Shown: in pieces, positions 1-11,387 of the stretch | Position numbering within the stretch: the stretch's first letter is position 1 | Layout: each line of letters starts with the position of its first letter | NCBI GenBank assembly: GCA_951406725.2 | Contig: OX597821.1 | Location: 118,730,001 to 118,794,000 of the forward strand | Source: Octopus vulgaris | Taxonomy: Eukaryota | Reading direction: 5' to 3' | DNA: 64,000 nt | Translations under genes and position numbers: made by a program | Notes under the pieces: model-generated | What the model was told of the DNA's origin: nothing | Databases searched by the model: none | Seen by the model: only the letters and a program-made list of their open reading frames with translations

Positions 1-1070
1 TCGAAACACTACAGGAATATGAAGCGATAACAGGAGCAAAGATTAACCCGGAAAAGTCAGCGGACTTGCAGCTCGGCACATGGAGATGCAAGGCCATGCG
101 GTCCAACAGCGTCGTGCTGCGCTGGACAGACAGTCTCAACAAGTTGCTCGGAGTCTGGTTTAGTCCGGACGTCCAAGTGGAGAAGAACTGGGAAGAAGTG
201 ACGAGAAGGGTAGCGAATCTCACCCAGAAATAGACCAAGTGGAAGCGGTCCATGAAAGATTGAGCGGAGTGACGAACGCGTACATGGCACCCGTCATCTC
301 CTACCGCTTGACTGTCGTCCCTTGTCCCGTTTCCTGGTTGACCAAGCTTGTGCGCTTACTCGTCCGTTTCATGAGGCAGATGCACGTTCCACTGGTCAGG
401 TGCTCTATCTGCTGTCAATAGCTGCTGAGTGGAGGACTGGGCATGCCCTGGTTACTGATGCGCAGACGTGCGCTGAGGTTGCTGCATCTCCAGCCTTTCC
501 TTGACGGTGAGCAGGTGGGATCACCGTTTGTAAGAGGCACTTTTCCACAGCTCGTCTTTTTGACTGAGCGGCAATCCTGGACTATTCGTAGACCGAAGAA
601 GGGCGCTTGGCAGTCCTCCACCAGGAGGGGCAATGCAGTCGGTGATACTTCCACTCTAATGTTCTAAAGTGGGCTAGTGAAGGGAAAGTGCGACGACGTT
701 CTCAGGGAAACTCTGGGTGTCGATGAAGATCAACTAACCGATCTGTTTCGCAGCACTTTCAGGCCTGAGCCTATGGATAACTTCAAGAAATCCCTTGCCT
801 GACAGTGCTACCGAGGGGAGCTGTCTGTTTGGGATAAAATTTATAGGCACGGAAATGCCATCAGCCGGGCCCATGCGAGGTGCGCCCAGAAAGATGAAAC
901 TGTTCTGTACGCCCTACTCCAGTGCTCAAGTATTGCTGACCGGCGGGTTTATGTCGAACACCTACTGCACACACATCTCCCCTGTCCGAGCATATCTGGT
1001 CAACAAAAAGCAATAAAATCACACGGTCAGTATTTTGGGCATCCAGAAATGCTTCAAACAGCTTTGCACA
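1..1070 (+). mobile_element. Decayed L1/Tx1-clade LINE, 3' part of ORF2; duplicate of 36089-37160
   Basis: Reads YEAITGAKINPEKS...LLGVWF (post-YADD RT region) and a broken CCHC-like zf-RVT motif (RCAQKDETVLYALLQC near 880-930). It contains stops and frameshifts and is near-identical to 36089 onward. Confidence 0.8.
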
Positions 1071-2262
1071 CATACATACAAATATAAACGTACATACATT
1101 CATGCATGTGTGCATGTATGTGTGGATGTGTGGATGCCTGTATGTGTGTATGTGTGTGTATGTATGTGTGTATGTATGTAAGTGTGTACGTATGTAAGTG
1201 TGTACGTATGTGTGGAGGTATGTATGCATCTGTGCATACATACATGCAAGCATACCTCCATACATACAGGCATAGATACATACACACATTCATACACATA
1301 TATATACACAGAAACACACATTCACACCTTCATTCATATATACATACATATATACACACACATGCATACATACATACGTACATACATACACACATACATG
1401 CACAGGGACATACATGCCAACAAATATATACACACGCACGGATATAAATACATACATATAATGATATACATACACACATACGTACATACATATATACATG
1501 TATGTATGTATTTGTTTATTTACATATGTATGTATGTGTACGTAGGTATAAATGTATGCGTGTATCTATGCATGTGTGTATGTATGTACAAACAGTCATA
1601 CATACCCACAAGCATACGCACATACATACATGATGGCTGCCCCCTCGTCATCGAGTATGGCCATCGAGTATGGCCATATAAACACACACACATGCTTATA
1701 TAAATACATGCATACACACATACATAATATATAGATGAACACATACATACACACATACAAACATACACATATTCATACATACATACACACGTTCATACAC
1801 ATACCCATATATAGGTATATACATATACACATACATATAAAATGCATACATACATTAATATACACATACACTCATACGCACAAACATGCATACAATATAA
1901 GCACATACATACATTCATACAGACTTATAGATGCATATACGTAAATACATACACACACACATACATTCTTCCATACTTAATCAGATACATAAAAACACAC
2001 ATACACACGCACATACACACAAACATATACGCATACATTCATATATACATACATATATACATATATATCCACATTCATATATATGTATGTATGAATATAT
2101 TTATGTATGTATATATGTATGTGTATGTGTGTATATATGTATGAGTGTATGTATGTATGTATTTATGCGTACACATGTATGCAGACAGACAAACCTGTGA
2201 ACTTCCACACATAACATACATGCACACACACATACACGCATGCACACATATATACATACACA
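1070..2262. repeat. Complex (CATA)n/(CA)n/(TA)n microsatellite field
   Basis: Directly visible degenerate di- and tetranucleotide repeats; source of spurious ORFs. Confidence 0.9.
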
Positions 2263-2439
2263 TAAATACATACATACATACATTTTTTGCTTTATTGACT
2301 AACATAAAGGTAAGGTAAATTTGACTTCTGTTTGTAGCATGAAAAATTACCACATATTAGAAAAGATCTTTAAAGTGATTCCTAAAGAGTCCTTCAATTT
2401 TAAAGTTACCTAATAGTTATGATGGGTAAGAGAGAACGA

Positions 2440-2955
2440 GCTGAATGGCACCACGTACCTAGTCAGAAACTACATCAGTCCTAAGAGATTTCGGTTGATG
2501 CAGTGACCAGCGCTGTCGCCCGACCTAAATACCATCGAAAATTCATGGTAAAGGTGGGGTAGCGCTTTGAAAAGTATTAAGACAGAATTTTTTAAAAACA
2601 TTATTACCCGAAAGTGGGAAAATATCTCCGCAACAGTGATAAATGATCTGAACATTTCTATGTTTCGCAGATGTAAATCTGTATTAAGTAATTTTGGGTT
2701 CCCAAAATACTGACTCTGTGATTTTATTGTTTTTAGGGATTACAGAATGAATTTTAAAAGCAAAAAAATCATAAAATATGTAATGTTACATGTTGTCCTT
2801 AAGTTAAATGGTACTCTAAATTATGATAATTAAGATTTATTTTTAATCTAAAATTAACATATTGATGTTACGCTGTAAAGCTGCATACCCTATGAAAGCA
2901 CGTAAGAGTTTCTTTATTTAGATATACAAATTAATTCAAAATTTACAAGTTGAAT
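2440..2955 (+). mobile_element. Tc1-like transposase 3' remnant plus terminal repeat (inverted copy of array module)
   Basis: Reads *PALSPDLNTIENSW (Tc1 WPSQSPDLNPIENLW) at about 2504-2548 and KWENISATVINDLNISMFRRCKSVLSNFGFPKY* (Tc1 C-terminus). Confidence 0.8.
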
Positions 2956-3770
2956 ATATACGTATAAAAAATGACATTTGAACATCAGTAAATTAGGGTT
3001 CTTAATTTCGATGACGCCACTGCAATTGTTTGGAAAATGTAGATTTAGTGTCAAAAAGGAAAGAAGGATGTAGAAAGAAAACAAAGGGAAACTGTTCTTC
3101 AGATATATATAGATGGGAGATTACAAAACGAGTATTGAGCAACGAAGAACACTTTAGTTGTGGAGTGGTTAAATTAGAGGAAGCGTATAGATTCTCACGC
3201 AGCCGGTTCTAAAGTGTGTTTGAGGATATTAGGAATGAATTATGAGATAAAGTTTTGGAAAACGCAATTCAATGACTCAAACAATTGAAAAGAACATAGA
3301 TATGTGACTGTATAAACGTATATGTCTGAATGTAAGTATATACGTATGCGAGTATGAATGTGTGTATGTATGTGTGTAAGTTTGTGTGCACGTATGCATG
3401 AATGCATATCTGTATTTGTATCTGTACGTATGTGTGCATGCATGTATATATATGTGTATTCAAACAAGTATGTGTGTGGGTGCGTGTGTATGCATGTATG
3501 TATGTGTGTATGCACGTATGGGTGAATGTGCGTATGTAGATATTTATGTATTTATGAGTGTATGTAGGTTTGTATATACGTTTGTGTCTGTATATACATG
3601 CATTTGTGTATGTATGTGTGTATGTATGCATTTATGAATGTATATGTATATGTGTGTATGTACGTACGTATGTATGTGGATATGTATGTGTGTATGTATG
3701 TGAGTATGTATATGTGCATGTATGTGAGTATGTGTGTACGTACTTATGTATGTATGTATGTATGTATGTG

Positions 3771-4153
3771 CGAGGGTGAGTCAAAAAGTAATGCCATTTT
3801 GTTTAGGAAAGGTATAATTACCAACACAGGAACATGTATCATACATAAAAATGAATCTTGGCCCCAGTGGATCACATCTCGACTCTTTAATATAGTTATC
3901 GTTTCTCTCAAAAGCAATGTTTCTTCTTCGAATGAGAGCATGTATTCCTGCCCTGTAAAATTCTGTTGAATGTTCTTTGAGCCACTTCTTCACCACATTT
4001 CTTAATTCCTCGTCACTGTTATAATGTTTGCCTCTCAAACCCTCTTTTTTTGCGCCGAAGAGATGATAGTGTGAGGTGCTAAATCTGGTGAGGGTGGAGG
4101 TAATGAAGAAATGACTCAAAGAACATTCAACCAAATTTTATGGGGCTGGGATA
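3771..4153 (-). mobile_element. Mariner transposase 3' end with TIR (inverted, truncated copy of array module)
   Basis: ORF 3781-4134 has YHLF...KKWLKEHSTEFYRAGIHALIRR...YIKE, matching the mariner C-terminus. TIR-like end CGAGGGTGAGTCAAAAAGT at 3771. Confidence 0.8.
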
Positions 4154-4398
4154 TCCTCAAACACACTTTAGAACTGGCTGCGTGAGAATCTATACGCCTT
4201 CTTCTAATTTAACCACTCCACAACTCAAGTGTTCTTCGTTGCTCAATACTCGTTTTGTAATCTCCCATCTATATATAGCTGAAGAACAGTTTCCCTTTGT
4301 TTTCTTTCTACATCCTTCTTTCCTTTTTGACACTAAATCCACATTTTCCAAACAATTGCATCGAAATTAAGAACCCTAATTTACTAATGTTCAAATGT

Positions 4399-4435
<37 letters not shown>

Positions 4436-4440
<5 letters not shown>

Positions 4441-4911
4441 ATATTTCGGAATGGTCATATTGCCAGTTTAGCCAATAAAAACACTCGCACTATATATTTG
4501 GTGTTATTTTGCTTCAGTGATATTTATTTTTTACATTAATCTTAATCTTATTTCGGCCAAAGTTCTTTCGTCACACTCCTGTGACCGCATCAGTGGTCCT
4601 TTGTTTTCTTCTCACTTACTTGTGTGTCTCCTTACTAACCGTCAGCCATTTTGTATTTCTATTGTATGTCTTCATTTGCGCATGCTTATATCACTATGTG
4701 CGTCTATGTTTATTTAGTGTGTGTGTGGGGGGGATGCCTGTAATATTTGTATCTTCTGGTTATATACATTCTTGTAATTTGTATTTTGTTTTTGTTGTTG
4801 TTGCTTTTGTTCTAACTTTGTTCATGTGTTTACATCCACCCATTATTATCATTACATATGCTTGTATGTATGTATAACAACAAAATTAGTAATAATAATA
4901 ATAAATCTAAT
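4436..4911 (-). repeat. PLE 3' pseudo-LTR
   Basis: Near-perfect reverse complement of 8291-8765; the same 66-aa spurious ORF appears in both copies (4517-4717 + and 8484-8684 -). Confidence 0.9.
4555..4599 (-). ncRNA. Minimal type-I hammerhead ribozyme-like motif (variant core CUGAUGCG)
   Basis: GGACCA-CUGAUGCG-GUCACA ggag UGUGAC-GAAA-GAAC-UU-UGGCC: perfect 6-bp stem II, GAAA, short stem I. Confidence 0.65.
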
Positions 4912-4913
4912 CG

Positions 4914-5008
<95 letters not shown>

Positions 5009-5156
5009 TACATATATACATATAAATATATACACATATATATACACATATACACACACACATATACACACATATACACACATACATATATATAGTTATT
5101 CATTTCTATTTCTTTAATTATCTGTGTATTTATTATGTTTGCAGGATCCACTATCG

Positions 5157-5558
5157 TCATATGTTGTGGTGTGTGCTATTGCTCCATTCTAGTTTTCTAT
5201 TCAGGCTAGGTTTATTTTCTATTATATGTGTAGCTTCTGTAATTTGTCTAATTGTTGCATCTGTTCTATGTGTGGACAATATCTTAATCTCTATGTTATT
5301 GATTGATCCCCCGTGTTCTTGTTCGGCGTGTTGGTACAGAATCGATGAGCTTTTACCTTCCTTGAGTTGTCTCCAATGTTCATTCACCCGCTCTCCAATG
5401 CTTCTTGCTGTTTCCCCTACGTATGTTACTGTCTTGTTACTGCATCGTCCCTCTATACATCTTATACTATAGACCACATTTCTGGCTTTACAGTTTGTTT
5501 GTGGGCTAAATCTACATACAGTGCAATAGTTATCCGTACAGAGAGTTCTACTAAAAGG
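5157..5558 (-). CDS. PLE Cys-rich linker plus GIY-YIG endonuclease, in frame with the RT after one TAG
   Basis: Manual translation past the TAG at 5559-5561 gives [39 protein letters not shown]...[16 protein letters not shown]...HAEQEH...EATHI...PSLNRKLEW. Confidence 0.88.
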   Translation of the reverse strand, partial: PFSRTLCTDNYCTVCRFSPQTNCKARNVVYSIRCIEGRCSNKTVTYVGETARSIGERVNEHWRQLKEGKSSSILYQHAEQEHGGSINNIEIKILSTHRTDATIRQITEATHIIENKPSLNRKLEWSNSTHHNI

Positions 5559-7979
5559 CTAGGTTCTACCAATTATAGATCTGATAGGGTTGCCTGGCTT
5601 TTCAACAACGTTAATTCTTAGCTTCAGTTTGTCTAGGGTCCTTCTAAAGCGATACGCCAGTTCACCTCCAGGGGTGGTGTCAACGAACATGACACTCTGG
5701 TATTTATGGCTATCATACCAAGAGTTGGCCTTCCCTATTTTCTTTTTTGTCCTTTCTATAGTGTTCCATGACTTGTTCCTATAGAGTGGGCAAATCCCAT
5801 TCCTATCATTACATAATATATTATCAAATTTCTTCATGGCTCCTTTGTATACTCTGATCCTTTCTTTATGGCTGTAACCTGAGAACTGCATGCGGTGAAT
5901 GAAATACTGTATGTGTCTCTTTAATTCTGTAGGCTCGCACATGCGTGACACATTTCTCATTATTCTGACGAGGTCTGCCATCAAAATATTGAATTTGGCA
6001 TTGCCCGCAATGGCTGAGTTCCGGTGGATCAGGTATTTTGAGGCCATAGGTTTTGCATAGTATGAATGAAGGATTTGGGTTTTATTTTTCACAATTTCTA
6101 GCCAGAGTTCAGTGTCTAGTACTGGTAGTCTATGGTTGGGGTGTTTAGTGGGGTAGTCTATTGTGACCTTAATACTCTGGTGGATGGAGTTAGCTATTTG
6201 CTGGATGCTCTCCATAGTATTAGTTTCTATTACTATATCAACATTACTCTCTTGTGGGGGTGCCTTTACTACTATATTGATATCATCAACATAGCGAGAG
6301 TACATGTTTACGAGTATGGATTTCTGCAGTAGGCATTCTTTAAGCCTTCTGTCCCACCATACCATGAAGAGGTTGGCCACATCACCAGCGATACTAACAC
6401 CGATGGCTGCCCCCTCTTCCTGGGCATATATTTTATTATTAAATTTAAATGTGTGGCCTTTTAGGGTAACTCTTATACTAGCTCCTAGTGCATGTGCGAT
6501 CATTTTCCTTACCTGATGGACATTTGCGGGGCTCCGTATGGCTCTGGTCCATCCGCGCCATCTTTCTATATGTGTCTTCCTAGCCATAGAAGTAATTGTA
6601 GGCGGTCTACCTCTTAAACATCTACTGGGGCAGAAACTACTAAGATTATGTTTATCTAAGTATTCACTATTATATGTCAGTCTAAGTAGGAGGCCCAGTT
6701 CTTCTGTGTCGACATTACAGAACTCCACCTGGCTCTCGTTGATCATCTCCACGCACTTCTCCACTGCAAAATCTACGTCAATCGATGGGTATAGGGATAC
6801 CACATCCATGCTACCTACTATACATCCTGTCAAGTCACAAGTTTTGTTACAGTCATTGATCCTGCTTAGGAGATCTTCTGTGCTGTCACAAACATCAGGT
6901 GACATCCTGATTATAGGGCGTATGATCATTGAGAGGAAGTAGGAGATTCTGTAATTGCTAGCGATATTCGCTCCACAGACTGGTCTTGTTGTTGGTCCTG
7001 CTATAGGGTCAGTAAAACCTTTATGGTCCTTGCGAAGTCCATACAGTGCCGGGATATCATTGTTCCAGGCTTGGAAATTCTTTGCAGTACGTTTCTGAGG
7101 TCCCAGAACAATTGTCCACATCATCATGTGGGCATTGAGGACCTTTTCTCTCTCCTCATGCGCCTGTACAGTTGTTACTTTTGTATTGGCGATATGAGGT
7201 TGCATTGCCTGGATGTAGTTCGGTAAGCTGTCTATTGACATCCTGCCGGACTTATCCGTGGGAAGGCATATCACCTCTCCGTTCCTCGTGCGCTGAATGA
7301 GCTTCTGTAGGCCACATGCAGGTTTAATCCCGAGTTGTTGGGCATCTGTCTTATTCTGTCTCTGTCTCTTAATGTATAAACCTAAAATCTGTCTAAGTTT
7401 GGTCCTAGCTATAGTGAACTGTGCTTCCATGTGGTCATTAGTACGTCTTGGGATGTATACTCTTTTGTTGAATGGTAATGTTGTTGGATAAATTCGGTTC
7501 ATGCAGTAAGTTTTGTCGCATACGTTGAAGAATTGAGTGTCAAAGGGATGGGTATACATGTCAATGGTCTCTCTAGGGTTATCTTCATTATCGTTACTGT
7601 TTCCAACATCAGCCTTCCTATTATTATTATCACCATTACCACTACTACTACTACTAGTATTCCTATTACCACCACAACTATCACTACTATCCTCATTACT
7701 ACTTCTACTGTTACCATCACCACTACTACTACCACTATTATTGTTATTACCTTTATTCCTACCATTGCCATTATTACTATCATCGCTAGTGATATATTCA
7801 TTGTTCCTGTTTCTGGTATATGTGTTGTTTATATTAGTGTTGGGTTTTATGTCTGTCTGTTGGTCCCTGTCATTCCCCCTGTTGCGGTCGTTATTTTTGT
7901 TCCTATGAGTATTGTTATCTGTTACAAATCCGCTGACTCCCTGTCCAAGGATCCTGTTGCATTCAACTTTATTCTCCAT
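5559..7979 (-). CDS. PLE reverse transcriptase (first ATG at 7979; frame open from 8246)
   Basis: Motifs LPTDKSG, RPVCGA, STEDLL, GSMDVVSLYPSI, QEEGAAIG, YSRYVDD, LPVLD, YAKPMAS. N/S-rich low-complexity N-terminus. Confidence 0.9.
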   Translation of the reverse strand: MENKVECNRILGQGVSGFVTDNNTHRNKNNDRNRGNDRDQQTDIKPNTNINNTYTRNRNNEYITSDDSNNGNGRNKGNNNNSGSSSGDGNSRSSNEDSSDSCGGNRNTSSSSSGNGDNNNRKADVGNSNDNEDNPRETIDMYTHPFDTQFFNVCDKTYCMNRIYPTTLPFNKRVYIPRRTNDHMEAQFTIARTKLRQILGLYIKRQRQNKTDAQQLGIKPACGLQKLIQRTRNGEVICLPTDKSGRMSIDSLPNYIQAMQPHIANTKVTTVQAHEEREKVLNAHMMMWTIVLGPQKRTAKNFQAWNNDIPALYGLRKDHKGFTDPIAGPTTRPVCGANIASNYRISYFLSMIIRPIIRMSPDVCDSTEDLLSRINDCNKTCDLTGCIVGSMDVVSLYPSIDVDFAVEKCVEMINESQVEFCNVDTEELGLLLRLTYNSEYLDKHNLSSFCPSRCLRGRPPTITSMARKTHIERWRGWTRAIRSPANVHQVRKMIAHALGASIRVTLKGHTFKFNNKIYAQEEGAAIGVSIAGDVANLFMVWWDRRLKECLLQKSILVNMYSRYVDDINIVVKAPPQESNVDIVIETNTMESIQQIANSIHQSIKVTIDYPTKHPNHRLPVLDTELWLEIVKNKTQILHSYYAKPMASKYLIHRNSAIAGNAKFNILMADLVRIMRNVSRMCEPTELKRHIQYFIHRMQFSGYSHKERIRVYKGAMKKFDNILCNDRNGICPLYRNKSWNTIERTKKKIGKANSWYDSHKYQSVMFVDTTPGGELAYRFRRTLDKLKLRINVVEKPGNPIRSIIGRT

Positions 7980-8290
7980 CGTGACCCCTATGACACAACT
8001 TTTATTCGTGTCTTTGTGACTATGGCTATCTGTGTGTGTGTTTGTGTGTCGGTTCGCCCTATAATTGTTGTTGTTGTTGCTGTTGTATGCGATTTTTCTC
8101 TCTCTGTTTGTGTTTTTGTTTTTGTATCTATTGTTTGTGTCTATGCATACATTTTTTTTTTTTTTTTTTTTTTTTTTACGAAAGGAGAAAACCTTACTAA
8201 TGGATATAATATATGAAGAAAACAGACATGTAATACACCAATGCAATATCCATTTTAAGAGGAAGTTATCGTGGTTGAAACAGAAACGTC

Positions 8291-8765
8291 AATAGATTTA
8301 TTATTATTATTACTAATATTGTTGTTATACATACATACAAGCATATGTAATGATAATAATTGGTGGATGTAAACACATGAACAAAGTTAGAACAAACGCA
8401 ACAACAACAAAAACAAAATACAAATTACAAGAATGTATATAACCAGAAGATACAAATATTACAGGCATCCCCCCACACACACACTAAATAAACATAGACG
8501 CACATAGTGATATAAGCATGCGCAAATGAAGACATACAATAGAAATACAAAATGGCTGACGGTTAGTAAGGAGACACACAAGTAAGTGAGAAGAAAACAA
8601 AGGACCACTGATGCGGTCACAGGAGTGTGACGAAAGAACTTTGGCCGAAATAAGATTAAGATTAATGTAAAAAATAAATATCACTGAAGCAAAATAACAC
8701 CAAATATATAGTGCGTGTGTTTTTATTGGCTAAACTGGCAATATGACCATTCCGAAATATAACAA
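8291..8765 (+). repeat. PLE 5' pseudo-LTR in inverted orientation
   Basis: Reverse complement of 4436-4911, followed by a tail of about 60 bp (8766-8827) and then (AT)n. Confidence 0.9.
8602..8646 (+). ncRNA. Minimal type-I hammerhead ribozyme-like motif (second pLTR copy)
   Basis: Identical to the 4555-4599 motif. Confidence 0.65.
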
Positions 8766-8823
8766 TATCTGTTTCAACAAACGACTTCACATAAAAAATC
8801 TTGCACAACAAATATTTAAACGT

Positions 8824-8892
<69 letters not shown>

Positions 8893-8896
<4 letters not shown>

Positions 8897-9750
8897 CTTG
8901 TAAATTGTGAATTAATTTGTATATCTAAATAAAGAAACTCTTACGAGCTTTAATAGGGTATACAGCTTTACAGAGTAAAATCAATATGTTAATTTTAGAT
9001 TTTAAAAAAATCTTAATTATTATAATTTAGAGTACCATTTAACTTAAGGACAACATGTAATATTTCATATTTTGTTGATTTTTTTGCTTTTAAAATTCAT
9101 TCTGAAATCCCTAAAAAGCAATAAAATCACAGAGTCAGTATTTTGGGAACCCAAAATTACTTAATACAGCTTTGCATCTGCGAAACATAGAAATGTTCAG
9201 ATCATTTATCACTGTTGCGGAGATGTTTTTCCACTTTCGGTTAATAATGTTTTTAAAAAATTCTCCTTATTCTTTGGCTTAATACTTTTCAAATCGCTAC
9301 CCAACCATTCCCAAGGATTTTCGATGGGTTTCAGCTCGGGCGACAACGCTGGTCACTATATCAACCGAAATCTCTTAGGTATAATGTAATTTCTGACTTG
9401 GTACGAGGTGACATTCAGTTGGTTGTCATGATGGAAAGTCCAAATGCTTTTGCGCGTATGGAAGCATAGTATTAATCAATATTTCTAAATAGGACTTACT
9501 ATCCAATCGGATTATAGAACTGACGTCTTTTCCAGACATACACGCTTACATCATCACACTTCCGCCAGAGTGCCTAATTGAAGGTTGGACGCATTTTGGA
9601 TGGAATTCTTCGCCTATACGCCTTCTTACATAGTTCCTGCCATCACTACCGAACAAGTTGAACTTTGATGCGTCCGACCACAACACATTCGTCCAATCTG
9701 CTGGACTCCATTTCAAATGTTCTTTAACGGGCAAATCGATTTTTCAAATA
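8893..9750 (-). mobile_element. Tc1-like DD34E transposase remnant (long variant)
   Basis: WTNVLWSDASKFNLFGSDGRNYVRRRIGEEFHPKCVQPSIRHSGGSVM matches the Tc1 first-D region. Confidence 0.85.
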
Positions 9751-10073
9751 CACACATACACACATACATGCATAGACACACATACATACATACATTCATA
9801 CGTTCATACATACAAACATTCTCACATACATACATGGTGAGTAAAGAAATTGACAGTTCATGAGTACGTGCGCCATTTCACGAGTCTTATTTTTCATCCA
9901 GCAGAGTGTCCAACAACGCCCTCGTCACCAAGCAAGCCTGGTGGGGTTGCCGGTTTAGTCGCCGACGACCCGACCATGTAACAGGTTGTACTGGGTTACA
10001 TGTTCCCAGTAGCACTCAAGAGCGACATACATACATACATACAGACAGACAGACAGACATGATGGCCGTCCAT

Positions 10074-10570
10074 GAACATGTATCATACATCAAAATGGAA
10101 CTGGTCCTCAGTGGATCACATCCCTACTCCACAACATAGTTGCCGTTTCTCTCAGAAGCAATGTTCCACCTTCGAATGACAGCATGTATCCCAGCCCTGT
10201 AAAATTTTGTTGGCTGTTATTTGAGCCATTTCTTCACTACCTCCACCCTCACCAGATTTAGCACCTCAGACTATCATCTCTTCGGCGCAACAAAAGAGGG
10301 TTTGAGAGGCAAACATTATACCAGTGACGAGGGAAGTAAGAAATGTGGTGAAGAAGTGGCTCAAAGAACATTCAACAGAATTTTACAGGGCAGGAATACA
10401 TGCTCTCATTCGAAGAAGAAACATTGATTTTGAGAGGAACGGTAACTATATTAAAGAGTAGGGATGTAATCCACTGGGGCCAAGATTCATTTTTATGTAT
10501 GATACATGTTCCTGTGTTGGTAATTATACCTGTCCTAAACAAAATGGCATTACTTTTTGACGCACCCTCG
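10074..10570 (+). mobile_element. Mariner-derived foldback module
   Basis: Mariner C-terminal remnant (SDYHLF...) and TIR (...tttttgacgcaccctcg), preceded by an inverted diverged copy of the same segment. Confidence 0.8.
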
Positions 10571-11387
10571 CACATACATACATACATACATAAGTACGTA
10601 CACACATACTCATATACATACACATATACATACTCACATACATACACACATACATATCCACATACATACGTACGTACATACACACATATACATATACATA
10701 CATAAACGCATACATACACACATACATACACAAATGATTGTATATACAGACACAAACGTATGTACAAACCTACATACACTCATAAATACATAAATATCTA
10801 CATACGCACATTCACCCATACGTGCATACACACATACATACATGCATACACACGCACCTACACACATACTTCTTTGAATACACATATATATATATACCTG
10901 CATGCATGCATTCGTACACATACAAATACAGATATGCATACATGCATACGTGCACACAAACTTACACACATACATACACACATTCATACTCGCATACGTA
11001 TATACATACATTCAGACATATACGTTTATACAGTCACATATCTATGTTCTTTTCAATTGTTTGAGTCATTGAATTGCGTTTTCCAAAACTTTTTCTCATA
11101 ATTCATTCCTAATATCCTGAAACACACTTTAGAACCGGCTGCGTGTGAATCTATACGCCTTCTTCTAATTTAACCACTCCACAACTAAAGTGTTCTTCGT
11201 TGCTCAGTTCTTGTTTAGTAATCTCTCATCTATATATAGCTGAAGAACAGTTTCCCTTTGTTTTCTTTCTACATCCTTCTTTCCTTTTTGACACTAAATC
11301 CTCATTTTCCAAACAATTGCAGTGGCCTCATCGAACTTAAGAACCCTAATTTACTAATGTTCAAATGTCATTTTATATATATATATA

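Larger units (their letters stand above)
4436..8827 (-). mobile_element. Penelope-like element (EN+, C-terminal GIY-YIG) with inverted pseudo-LTRs, inserted in (AT)n
   Basis: PLE-type RT plus GIY-YIG ORF; inverted repeats of about 475 bp at 4436-4911 and 8291-8765; (AT)n on both sides. Paralogous array units show the empty site (tcaaatgtcatttt(AT)n tcaacttgtaaa). Confidence 0.92.

Noticed and set aside
7533-8216. 227-aa hydrophobic + strand ORF
   Set aside because: Antisense shadow of the low-complexity PLE N-terminus.
5157-8246. Naiad-type selenoprotein PLE
   Set aside because: The endonuclease is C-terminal rather than N-terminal, and the internal stop is TAG rather than TGA.
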